NCBI GenBank assembly: GCA_965205295.1
Contig: OZ242167.1
Location: 3,017,390-3,081,389, forward strand
Direction: 5' to 3'
Source: Candidatus Multivorans sp.
GTDB lineage: Bacteria > Acidobacteriota > Thermoanaerobaculia > Multivoradales > Multivoraceae
DNA length: 64,000 nt
This document shows positions 39,161-49,722 of the stretch, piece after piece; positions within the stretch are counted from its first letter, which is position 1, and each line of letters opens with the position of its first letter. The notes beneath the pieces are model-generated. The model did not search any database, had not been told where the DNA came from, and was given only the letters and a program-made list of their open reading frames with translations. Both the position numbers and the translations under genes were made by a program.

Positions 39161-40008
39161 GTCTGCCTGCTCGGGCGAATCCGACTCTTGGGCTTCAGCG
39201 GGGAGTATAGCGAGAACGAAGGTGCGCCAACTTGCCCCCGCACCACCTCCCGAGGCTCCGGTTGGGAGCCGAAGGGAGTAGTTCGACTCCTTGGAGGGAG
39301 GCGACGGTACACGATTCCCCAAGACGGTATGCCTGCCGGAAGAGCGGCGCACCGATCGGGCTGGGTGGCGACTCGGCGGGGCAGTCGGCTCGGAGGAACC
39401 TGGAGTCGAGTCGCAGTGGGCGGGTCGGCTGGCGTCCGTGTTCGGCGAAGGCGAGGGCGGGGTCGGAGACCGCTCACCAGCTCGGTCGAGGACCTGTCGG
39501 TCTTCGCGCTTGGTGCCGAGCATGACCTCCCCGCAGGGCTTGAGGGGCCAGACGTCGGCTCTCTGGAGGCCGCTCAGTAGTCGAGTGGCGAAGGAGGGGC
39601 ACCGGTTCTAGGCACAGCGACCCACGCCGCGACATATCTCCTGCGCGCTTCCCTAACTGTCTGGCTCGCCGGGTCGTCAGGCTGGTCGGGCTCAGGTGCT
39701 CCGAGTTCCCTGGCGTCAGAGCGTGCGATCTCGGCCTAGGCAGCCCCTATCTCGTCCGTGACCACGGCCGTTAGCTCGCGCTCGTCCTCCTGGGCCAGCC
39801 TCGGTTCTCGCTCGACCAGCCAACCCCTCATGAGCGCAGCCAAATGCTGGATCGGTTTGGAGCAACTCCTGTTGTAGGTCCTCCACTCGTGCCTCCTCCC
39901 CTTTTGGGTGTGCCGAATCGTCATCGTACGTCGTTTGCTGCCCACACTGCCGTGAGCCCGCCCACCTATACCGGCAGGCTTTCTGCATCGAGCCGCCGCG
40001 CGACGGCG

Positions 40009-40530
40009 CTAGTCGCGGCCTCCAGTCAGCGATTCGACACTGAAGCTCTCTTCGATCTCTCGCACTTGGTCGGCCACCTCCTCCAGGTCCGCCTGCCATA
40101 CCTCGCCGTCCTCGAACCGGACCTTCGAGACATAGGCCACGCCGGTGTAGAAGGATGACTCCGCTAGTGCACTTGCCAGCCACGATCCTTCCTCGATGCT
40201 GGCGGGAGCGACATCCTCAATCGAGTAACCCCCAAGACGGTCCTGGAACTCGTTGAAGATGTTGAACGACAGCAATCCGAGTTGGTAGGCGACGATCTTC
40301 CGGTCCGTCACGTTCTCTACGACGACTTCGTGACGTATGCCCTCGCGCGAGTACCGGCCGCCCGACCGGTAGGCCGCCGAATAGGGGCCGATCTTGAGTG
40401 GTGCGCCTTCTTGTGCTAGCACTCTGTGTTGCGCCGGCGGTGGCACCGCAGCCACGTGGCCAGCGCCGGCCATCAGCATGGCCACAGTGATCATCGACGC
40501 CGCGATCTTCATCTGCTTCATTGAATCCAC
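40009..40530 (-). CDS. Secreted hypothetical protein
   Basis: Signal peptide; ...VSKVRFEDGEVW. Confidence 0.7.
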   Translation of the reverse strand: MDSMKQMKIAASMITVAMLMAGAGHVAAVPPPAQHRVLAQEGAPLKIGPYSAAYRSGGRYSREGIRHEVVVENVTDRKIVAYQLGLLSFNIFNEFQDRLGGYSIEDVAPASIEEGSWLASALAESSFYTGVAYVSKVRFEDGEVWQADLEEVADQVREIEESFSVESLTGGRD

Positions 40531-40633
40531 CGTTCTGCTTCTTCGTCCTACAGACCACGCCCGCCCCGAAGCGGTGGCGGGCGCGGCGACTCTCGGACCG
40601 CGAACCTTAGGCGCTACGACCCAGTTTGGCTAG

Positions 40634-42139
40634 CCCTGATTTGCGAGAAACTTCACGCACGGATGGCGTTTGCGATGGCAAGGAAATGGGTGGCGACGGC
40701 AGGCGAGTTGCCGAGATGTAGCGTGGTCTTCCCGGCGGGTCTCAGGAGGAGGGCGGCTCGGCCGAGCAGTTTGAAGCGGAGCGTGTGGATGCTCTCGAAA
40801 CGTCTGAGACTTCGGCGCTTGCGGTTGGTGTTGCGGGCCGGGGCGAGGGTGTGGGCCTGAAAGGCTCGGGAGAGGTTGAAGGCGAGCACGCTGAGCATCT
40901 GCCAGGCGGCGTTGGCCTGCTCCTCGAGGCTCGGCACACAGTCGAAGGCGAAGCCTCCCTTGAGTTCGGCGTAGGCCTTCTCATGGCTGCCGCGGCCGTT
41001 GTAGAAGTGCCACAGGGTACGGCCTTGGACGCGCTTGTTGGTGGTGATGGCCGAGTACTCGTAGTGGCCGTCGGCCGGGTCAAAGAGGTCGAGTTGGAAG
41101 TTCTTCCGGGTCTTGTGCGCGACCTTGCGCCGGTAGAGCACGATGCGACGGACCCGGCCCCAGACCGGGAGCCGGATCTGGTAGCAGCTGGTGCGGTCAT
41201 CGATGCGCATCCAGGAAGCTCTGGCCGCCACCTGCTTGAGGTGGAGCCAGGGATAGAAGGGGACCTTGATCGCGTACTCGACGCCCGCGGCGTCGAGGAC
41301 CTTCAGCACGTCGTTGCGGAAGAAGGCCCCATCCATGCGGAGTTCCAGGGTGCGGCGCCTGCCCACCGCAGCGTGGACCTGCCGGATCAGGGCCTTGAGG
41401 AAACCGACGGCCGCCTTGCCGTCGTGGATGTTGCCGGGACGGTTCAAGAGCCGCACGATCTGCCCCTCCTGGGCCTCGTAAGCGGTGATCGGGTAGTAGC
41501 TGGGGACCTTTCGGCGGTGGGGATTGAAGCCCCGGCGCGCCCCCTTCACCTTCAGCCCGGTGCTGACCACCGAACCGTCGACGTCGAGAGTCAGTCGACG
41601 CCCGCCGGTCCGTCGCAAGGCGTCCCCGACCAGCTCCTCGTTGAGCTTCGAGAGCCGTTCGACGTCCTCCTTGCGGATCTTGTGCATCCAGGCGCTCGCC
41701 GTTCGGGTCGACGGCAACCTCGAAAGCCCGCCGAAACGGGCCAGGATGGGGTCGGCCTGCTCGTAGCGCAAGTGCCAGATCCGCCTGCCGCCGACCAGGA
41801 TCAGGCCCAGCAAAGTCAAGAGCATGGGCACGGCGCCGAAGTCGGTGGCGGGGAATCCCGAACCCACGGCGCGGCGGAGCATGGCCGGGAAACCGCTTCG
41901 TTTCAGGTACTCCCGAACCAGCTCGAGTCCGGCATGCGACGTGACTTCCTGCCGCCCGGTTCTGTAGTCCACGTTGCCGTTGACACGCCGCTTCAAATCT
42001 GCTCTTCTAGATCGCACTGGGAGTGGCCTTTCGTCGATGGGTCTTGTGATCGATTCCAACCACGAGAATATCCCATCCCGCAAGGCCCTCCCGGCCTTCA
42101 CCTCAGGTCAAACTAACGCATTGTTCCTGCAAATCAGGG
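40634..42139 (-). mobile_element. IS1380-family element (transposase about 40653-42017)
   Basis: IRs CCCTGATTTGC / GCAAATCAGGG; TSHAGL, LDVDGS, GFNPH, RMDGAF, YNGRG..E...ELK. Confidence 0.92.
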
Positions 42140-42167
42140 CTAACTAGCTAAATCGAAAGAAGGCTCT

Positions 42168-42983
42168 ATGGCACTCTTCACGTCAGTCCAGACACTTCTT
42201 CTGCTCTTTCCTCTGGCCACCAACACCACGGACGATGTTTCTCAACTGTGTGCCAGCGAGCAGGCGCTTGTGGGTCAGTACAAGCGGCCCTCTAGACGCA
42301 CCGTCGCAGCGTACGACCGTCTTCTCGAATGTCTCATGCGTGAACAGACACTCGCAGATCAGCGCGCAGTCTCGATACAGAAGTTCGCGCCCCCTTCTCC
42401 GGCCGCTAGCAGGAGTTTCGATGCAGCCGACAACGCTGTCGTTTCCCTTGAGAAGCGGATTGTTGAGACCGAAATCGGCAAGAAGGATGCGAAACTCTAC
42501 GTGGACCTCTCAGGCTGGGGGTTCGGGATGGCGGCTGTCCATGGCAGCGGCCGTGTTACGGCTGCCGAGATCGGATCGGATCGCATCGTCCGGGCAACCG
42601 AGACCGCAGACCGGGAACTACGGCCCACCGCGGTATATGCCCCCTTCTTCCATGCAGGAAAGGACAGCAAGAGGAACTTCGGGGTAGGACCACTCGTAGT
42701 CGCGAGCGCCGATCTCAACGCGCCATTCGAGGACAACCTTCTTGAGTCAGCAAGTCTCGGCATTGGCCTGATGTTGAATTTCCGTGTATCTGAAGTCACA
42801 GGATCCACTTTGGGAATCGGCGTCGCCTACGCCCTAGACGGGAAGAAGGAGCTTCTGCGTGAGGACTTTGAGGTTGGGATGCCAGCGCCACCAGGCTACA
42901 CCGAGCCGGTCTTTGTTGAGAGGTCTACCAACGTGTGGATGTTCGTTGTTACGTTCTCGAAGGGCAATGCTAACAAGCCCTGA
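42168..42983 (+). CDS. Secreted / outer-membrane hypothetical protein
   Basis: Signal-like N-terminus, beta-strand-rich C-half, lower GC. Confidence 0.65.
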   Translation: MALFTSVQTLLLLFPLATNTTDDVSQLCASEQALVGQYKRPSRRTVAAYDRLLECLMREQTLADQRAVSIQKFAPPSPAASRSFDAADNAVVSLEKRIVETEIGKKDAKLYVDLSGWGFGMAAVHGSGRVTAAEIGSDRIVRATETADRELRPTAVYAPFFHAGKDSKRNFGVGPLVVASADLNAPFEDNLLESASLGIGLMLNFRVSEVTGSTLGIGVAYALDGKKELLREDFEVGMPAPPGYTEPVFVERSTNVWMFVVTFSKGNANKP

Positions 42984-43199
42984 AGTTGACTTCAGAGCTA
43001 TCCGTGAGGAGGACGACTAGAAGAAGCGCCACCGCGGTCGCCCGGCCACCCGAGGAGACGAGCTGGGCGTCGCTAGCTGGCCACGTTATCCTCATTCAAT
43101 TCTGGGACACCAGGCTGCCTGATCGAATGGCCAATCCACAACTTTCGGCAATACCTCCCGCCGCCGTTTCAGTAACCGCTACCCCGGCCATCCCATCGG

Positions 43200-43350
43200 C
43201 CGGGAACGGGTGTGCCGGCTCAACCCGGCCGCGCTCCGGGACGCCCAGGACTGGCTGGAGTTCCACACGCGCTTCTGGACGGAGCGCCTTGATGCGCTTG
43301 GCGCACTGGTCGAGGCCGGCACCGACGAGGAGGGCGAACGGCGATGACGG
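43200..43350 (+). pseudogene. C-terminal remnant of an ArsR/SmtB regulator
   Basis: DWLEFHTRFWTERLDALGALVE directly upstream of the SRPBCC gene, a common pairing. Confidence 0.65.
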
Positions 43351-43766
43351 ACCTGACGCTGCGACGCGTGATCGACGCACCGGTTCAGCGGGTCTACGCG
43401 GCATGGACCGACCCGGAGTTGCTGAGGCAGTGGCTGGCGCCGGGCAATGCCGTGGCCTCGCGCGCGGTCGCCGACGTCGCGGTCGGCGGGGCTTTCCTCA
43501 TCGAGATGCGCGGAACCAACGGGCAGCGCTGGCTCGCCCGCGGCGTGTACCGGGAAGTCGCGCCGCTACGTCGTCTGGTGCACACCTGGCGCTGGGAAGG
43601 CAGCGACACCGAGACGCTGATCACCATCGAGTTCGAACCGGAATCGGCCGACAGGACGCGCCTCACGCTCACTCATGCCCGGTTCACCCAGGACGAGGCC
43701 CGCGACGAGCACGAGCGTAGCTGGGCGGAGTGTCTCGAGAAGCTCAGGGAGCTGTGCGCCGCATGA
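43344..43766 (+). CDS. SRPBCC/AHSA1 domain protein
   Basis: RVIDAPVQRVYAAWTDPELL.QW, RLVHTW, TRLTLTH. Confidence 0.9.
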   Translation: MTDLTLRRVIDAPVQRVYAAWTDPELLRQWLAPGNAVASRAVADVAVGGAFLIEMRGTNGQRWLARGVYREVAPLRRLVHTWRWEGSDTETLITIEFEPESADRTRLTLTHARFTQDEARDEHERSWAECLEKLRELCAA

Positions 43767-44640
43767 CCGGGGTCGCATCGACCGCCCGTCCCGATTGGGT
43801 TTCGGGCCACCTGCTTCCCTTCGAGAGCCGCTTTCTCGCCCTCCCGCCCGATCACCCCGATCACCGGATGCACTACATCGACGAAGGCAAGGGCGAGCCG
43901 CTCGTGTTCGTCCACGGCAACCCCGCATGGTCGTTCGAGTTCCGGCATCCGGTCCAGGAACTGCGCTCGGAGTCCGCTGTGTCCCGCTCGACCACATCGG
44001 CTTCGGCCTCTCGTCACGGAGCGCACGGCGCGAGGACCATCGTCCCGAGAGTCACGCGCACCGCCTGGCCACTCTGCTCGACCATCTCGACCTTCGCGAG
44101 ATCACCCTGTTCATGACCGACTGGGGTGGGCCGATCGGCCTCGACTTCGCACGCAAGCACCCGGAGCGCGTCAAGCGTCTCGTCATCGCGAACACCTGGT
44201 GCTGGCCGGTCCGAGACGACTTCCACTTCAAGTCGTTCAGCTTCCTGATGTCGAGCTGGATCGGCCAGTACCTGCTGCGGCATCACAACATCCTCGTGAA
44301 CGGAGTGATGCCGAAAGCGGTCGGCGACCGGAGCGCCCTGACGCCGGAGATCATGGCTCACTACCGCAGTGCACAGCCGTCGCCCCCAGCACGGGCCGCG
44401 AGCGCCGCGCTGCCGGGCTACATCGTGGGCGCGAGCGACTGGCTGCGCTCGATCTGGCAGGACCGCGCCGCCTTCGCGGACAAGCCGGCGCTCATTCTCT
44501 GGGGCATGAAGGACATCGCGTTCCGGAGGAAGGAACTGAGCGATGGAAGTCGGCACTTCGGGACGTCGAGATCCGCGAGTTCGAGGATTGCGGGCACTTC
44601 CTCTGGCAGAAGAGGCGCCGGGCGAGCTCGCAGCAGCGCT
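43763..44640 (+). pseudogene. Haloalkane dehalogenase-like alpha/beta hydrolase, frameshifted
   Basis: HYIDEG.G...HGNP.WSF in one frame, DHIGFGLS...DWGG...WGMKD.AF in another; further shifts near 44540. Confidence 0.85.
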
Positions 44641-44689
44641 GCGGACGTTCATGGGGCGCTCGTAGGGCCTTCGTTACACCGAACTCGTG

Positions 44690-44905
44690 GTGGTTCCTAC
44701 TGCGGGGAACACCAGGCCTCCACTCCGATCCCGCAGCAGCCGCGCGCGCTCCAGCACCATGAGCGGCGGGCTGGAGATGGGACCCTGCGCTCCCAGCGGG
44801 GTTTCATCCACGAAGCCGGAACCACCACGTCGCCGGCTTCATGTCGATTCGGACGACCTTGCTCCCCGACCCTCACCGCCGGGTGCTGCCGTTAGCGCAT
44901 GGAAC
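44690..44905 (-). pseudogene. Degenerate tyrosine integrase remnant
   Basis: Across frameshifts: FHALTAAPGGEGRGAR.SE.ID...TW..VPASWMK...RRVP...VLERARLLRD..GGLVFP, resembling LTAARSGEVRGARW.EID...W.IP..RMK..REHRVPL. Confidence 0.6.
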
Positions 44906-45343
44906 CGGACCACTAGCCGCGTTCCCCCCGCGCTGACCTTACCCTCCCACCCCGGCGCGAGCCGCACCAATCCGGGCGGCCAAGCGTCTGGTACTGGCTG
45001 CATCGCCTCTGCCGCGACCGCCAGCGTTCGGATATGCTCTTCACAAAACCCTGCCCACGATTAGACACGTCCTCATAGATCACCGAGACGGAGAAGACTA
45101 GAAGAGACCGAAGCCTGGGGGGGGGACAAGCACGGCTAGCCCATTCCTGCCCCAAGCCACGCCCACCGATGTCTGTGCCGCCCTAGCTCCACAAGGGCTG
45201 CTCCGCACGCTCACTCTGGAGCACCGGGCCATCTCCGCCGCCTTTCGTAACGGCGGCTGAGCCGTAACGCTTCGGCGCAACGCAGCGAGAGCGGTTCGTG
45301 GGTGATGGTACCGGTGACGGATGAACTTGTGGAGTCAAACCTC

Positions 45344-46213
45344 ATGAAGAACTACGCGCCCGCCAAGCTCATCTCGATGAAGACAGAGCCGACAATCACC
45401 GAGAAGTGGATCCAGGATCAAATCGAGAACGACCCATCGATTCTCGGTCTCGGTGACGATCTGCAGTTCCGCGACCGCGAGCGACGCCAGCCGCGTGCGG
45501 GCCGCCTCGACCTACTCCTTGAAGACGAGGACAGGCGCCGCTACGAAGTCGAGATCCAGCTTGGAGCGACGGACGAGTCCCACATCATTCGCACGATCGA
45601 GTACTGGGACATCGAGCGACGGCGCTACCCACAGTACGACCACTGCGCGGTCATCGTGGCCGAAGACATCACGAGCCGTTTCCTCAACGTCATCTCTCTC
45701 TTCAACGGCCACATTCCTCTTGTCGCGATCAAGATGCAGGCGTTTGAAGTCGGTACGGCATCCACACTCGTCTTCACCAAGGTCCTCGACGAGATCAAGC
45801 TAGGGTTCGACGAAGAGGACCAGCCGGGAGAACCCACGGATCGCTCCTACTGGGAGAAGACGGCCACGAAGGACACGGTCAAGCTGGTGGACCGGCTGCT
45901 CAAGCACATCAACGGACTGCTGGCAACCTTTCTGGAGTTGAATTTCAACAAGCAATACATCGGTATCTATCGAGACAAACAGCCGTTCAACTTCGTCATC
46001 TTCCGGCCAAAGAAAACGTTCGTCAACCTGGAGATCAGGCTAGATCGAAGCGAGGAAATCGATCAGGAGTTAGACAACTCGGACTTCGACGTCATGCCTT
46101 ACGACAAGCAGTTTGGCAACTACCGACTTCGCCTCACGCGGGCCGATGTGGAGCAGTTCGACGACCTTCTCCAACGGCTCCTCAAGGAGGCCTACCAGCG
46201 ACGTGGTGGCTGA
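45344..46213 (+). CDS. PD-(D/E)XK nuclease-like (NucS-like) protein with a DUF5655-like C-terminus
   Basis: EKWIQD.I..DP..LG, GRLDLL, YEVEIQLG.TDESHIIRTIEYWD. Confidence 0.75.
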   Translation: MKNYAPAKLISMKTEPTITEKWIQDQIENDPSILGLGDDLQFRDRERRQPRAGRLDLLLEDEDRRRYEVEIQLGATDESHIIRTIEYWDIERRRYPQYDHCAVIVAEDITSRFLNVISLFNGHIPLVAIKMQAFEVGTASTLVFTKVLDEIKLGFDEEDQPGEPTDRSYWEKTATKDTVKLVDRLLKHINGLLATFLELNFNKQYIGIYRDKQPFNFVIFRPKKTFVNLEIRLDRSEEIDQELDNSDFDVMPYDKQFGNYRLRLTRADVEQFDDLLQRLLKEAYQRRGG

Positions 46214-46352
46214 TCTCCGCTCACGCGCCTCCCGCAGCGTCGACGAACCGGACCTTCATGCCGACACACTCAGTGACTCCCTGGTCGAGGCAAGCTGCAC
46301 CGGGGCGAAGGTCGGCCGGGGAGATGATTTCCAGTACCTCGATTTCGGAACC

Positions 46353-47937
46353 TGTCAACGACATTGACACAGCGGTGTTCTGGATTTACTGAGTCGTCTC
46401 TGCAGTCTCGTTGTCGGGCTTGTTGATCCAGACGGCCTGGGGCAGTGGCGTGCGCATCGGTTGGCCGCCGACGAATCGTTCGGGGGAGCTTTCCCAGGCG
46501 GCGCTCAGCGTGCGTTGGCGCTGCTCGATCACGGCTTGCGCCCGGCCGTAGTGGACGGTCTCGGGGGTCAGCATGGCGATGCCGGCATGGCGGTGTTCCG
46601 TGTTGTACCAGGGGAAGAAGGACCTGCAGTAGTCGGTCGCGGCGTCCTGGTTGGGGAAGCGGCTGGGGAAGTCGGGGTGGTACTTGAGGGTCTTGAACTG
46701 TGCTTCGGAGTAGGGGTTGTCGTCGCTGACCCGCGGGCGGCCGAGGGACCGGTTCACGCCGAGGCGGGCGAGCAGTTGGGCGGTACCCTGGCTGGTCATG
46801 GGGGCGCCTCGATCGGAATGCAGGGTCAGGACATGGGGCTTGACGCCGTGCTTGAGGCAGGTCTCCTCGATGAGCCTTTGGGCGAGCGCGGAGTTCTCGC
46901 GGTCGGCGACCATCCAGCCGACCGCGTAGCGGCTGAAGAGGTCAAGCAGGACGTAGAGGTAGTAGTAGGTCCAGGTCTGCGGTCCGAGCAGCCTGGTGAT
47001 GTCCCACGACCAGACCTGGTTGGGCGCGACAGCGACCAGCTCCGGCTTGGCGTACGACGGATGGACGCGCTGATTGCGGCGGTCCCTCACGGGGTGGTTC
47101 GCTTCGAGGATGCGGTACATCGTGCGCTCCGAGCACAGGTAGCGGCCCTCGTCGAGCAGGGTGGCCACCACTTCTCCCGGCGAACGATCGACGAAACGCG
47201 GCGACGCAAGCGTGGCCTCGACCCGTTTCCGCTCGATCTGGCTCAGTGCCCGGGCAGGCGTGGGGCGGGGCTGCCGTCGCCCGGGAGCGGGCCTCGCACG
47301 ACGATAGAAGGTCGATCGCGACACGCCCAGCGCCCGGCACGCCGGCGCGATGCCGACCTGCCGGGCCAGGGACCTTGCCGCCATCAGCAGTCCTTCCCGT
47401 CTTCGAGGCTGAATCCCAGCAGCCCTGCAACTTTTCCCTGGACGTCCAGGATCGTGTGCGCGGCGGCGACTTCCCTCTCGAGACGCTTGACCTTCGCTTC
47501 CAGCCGCTTCACCTTCGGCATCAGAGGGTTGGCCTCGTTCGGCTTGCGGCCCCGCTTCTTCGGCCTCAGACCGGAAAGCGCGCCCTCTCGCCGCGCCTTG
47601 CGCCAGTTGGCCAGATGGGAGCTGTACAGACCCTCTCGCCGCAGCAGCCGACCCACCTCGCCGCGGGACGTGCATCGGTCCGCTTCCGCCAGAATCCGCA
47701 GCCGGTACTCCGCCGTGAACTGCCGCCTGGTCGGTCTCGCCAGCACTTCCGGGTCGGGAACCGCCCCGGCGGGCGCCGCGCCGGCCGCGGGGGCCTCGTC
47801 GCTACGCTCCTCAACCCCCGCGGCCGGGAGCTCCGAGCCGCCGCCAAACCTCTGCTCTCGTCTTGACATTGATCCTCCTTGCCAACGTGTGCCCTCCACT
47901 ATTCAACGGGATGGCCGCTGTGTCACGTACGTTGGCA
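46353..47937 (-). mobile_element. IS3-family element (orfA 47384-47869, orfB 46386-47384)
   Basis: IRs TGTCAACGACATTGACACAGCGG / rc TGCCAACGTACGTGACACAGCGG; WSWDIT, HSDRG, DNPYSE..FKTLKY. Confidence 0.93.
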
Positions 47938-48808
47938 GAGAGGGGACCGAGTTGGTCCGTTTCGACCGCAAGCGCAAGAAGAAGCTGTCGAACGCGGAGT
48001 GGGAGAATCCGCACGACCCGGAGGCGGAGATCACGAAGATGAAGGACGGCCGCACGCACTTCGCGTACAAGGCGGAGCAGTCGGTGGACCTCGAATCCGG
48101 GACGATCCTGGGCGTGACGGTTCAGGGCGGATCGAAGGGGGACACGGAGTCGTTCGGCGAGACGCTGGAGGAGACCTTCGAGCAGGTGGAATCGGCGATC
48201 GGGGACGATGCCGCGATCCAGGAGATCGTTGCCGACAAGGGCTACCACAGCAACGCCGTTCTCGCCTCCATCGACGAGTTGGGCCTTCGCAGCTACATCG
48301 CGGAGCCGGACCGTGGTCGTCGTCGTTGGAAGGGCAAGAAGGACCTGCAGGCCATCGTGTACGCGAACCGTCGGCGGATCCGGGGGAATCGGGGCAAGCG
48401 GATGCAGCGCCAGCGAGGGGAACGGCTTGAACGGCCTTTCGCTCACCAGTACGAGACCGGCGGCATGCGGCGGCTGCACCTGCGCGGTCGCTCGAACGTC
48501 CTCAAGCGCGTCTACATTCATGCCTGCGGCTGCAACCTCGGGCTCCTGATGCGCGAGCTTGTGGGAGTCGGCACGCCGCGGAGCCTCCAGGGCCGCGCTT
48601 CGGCAGCCCGCAACGCCCTCGCCGGTCAACATGGAGGGGTCTGGCCGCGACTCGTCGCGCTATACCGGCGGATCTTTGTGAGCCGGCCCGCAAACCCGAT
48701 CCACTTGCTATCCAACATCTACCGCCGCGGCTGGTCCCCTCCAGAACCACACATCTGATTGGTCCGCCTCCTCGGGCCACGAAGCCACTTCTGCCACGGG
48801 CTGCTAGA
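47938..48808 (+). mobile_element. 5'-truncated IS1182/IS5-like transposase
   Basis: DPEA..TKMKDGRTHFAYK, VADKGYHS, ERPFAH...GGMRR; cut off by the adjacent IS3. Confidence 0.8.
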
Positions 48809-48897
48809 GCATCGAGCGGAGCCTCGACTTCGCTTGGTTCGCACGAGTCGAACGAGAGGCTACGCTTCTGCTTCACCGCGTTCTCCGTTTCGGACGA

Positions 48898-49192
48898 CCT
48901 GTTTCCCTTCGAGAGCCGGTTTCTCGCCCTCCCGCCCGATCACTGGATGCACTACATCGACGAAGGCAAGGGCGAGCCGCTCGTGTTCGCCCACGGAAAC
49001 CCCGCATGGTCGTTCCTGTTCCGGCATCCGGTCCGCGAACTGCGATCGGAGTTCCGCTGTGTCGCGCTCGACCACATCGGCTTCGGGCTCTCGTCACGGA
49101 GCGCACGGCGCGAGGACCATCATCCCGAGGGTCACGCGCGCCGCCTGGCCGCTCTGCTCGACCATCTCGATCGTCGCGAGATCACCCTGTTC
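48898..49192 (+). pseudogene. Duplicate 5' fragment of the haloalkane-dehalogenase-like gene
   Basis: Closely matches 43810-44112. Confidence 0.88.
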
Positions 49193-49194
49193 TC

Positions 49195-49459
49195 AAGCAG
49201 GCCGCCCCCGCCGCCAGCGTCGGCGCCGTCGGCACACGGTGCATCCACCCGAACCAGATTTCGCTCGCCAACGACGTTTTCGCGCCGTCGCCCAGGGAGA
49301 TCGAGCAGGCGCAGAAAGATGGCCGGTCCCTACACCGAGTCTGTCGCGAAGGGCGCTGGGGCTGGGGCTGGAGGCAAGGGCGGGCAGTTGGTGGCTGCGG
49401 CGACTTTGCGGATTCATGCGCCGGTGTTGGAGAGGGCGCGAACTACTGGGAGGTTGTAG
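49195..49459 (+). repeat. citE 3'-end copy 2
   Basis: Degenerate match to about 34468-34725, ending ACTGGGAGGTTGTAG. Confidence 0.9.
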
Positions 49460-49722
49460 GTGTCGGCAGATGCCACCGAGAGATCGTCAAGGACGAGCGG
49501 CCCCCGGACTCCACGAGGGTCGGCAGCTCGAGGAGTAGAGCCAGCCTGATCGGTCCCTTCTCGTGGATCGCCGACCTCTTCTAGCCCGAGAAATGAGGCT
49601 GCCCAAGCAGGTAGTATCGTCCGCCGTGGCGAGTCGCTTTCGGCTTGCTGCGCTACGGTGGCTCGGCCCTTGGACCTAGTCGCACTTGCATTTCAGCGCT
49701 TGGACTGACGAGGGAAGGACCT

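Noticed and set aside
39160-40000. Short ORFs or a tRNA-like att site after the IS3
   Set aside because: No convincing coding signal or cloverleaf; only a weak integrase-like remnant, noted in findings
46461-48758. 765-aa ORF as a single protein
   Set aside because: The N-terminal part is antisense to the IS3 element; only 47938 onward is a real (truncated) transposase
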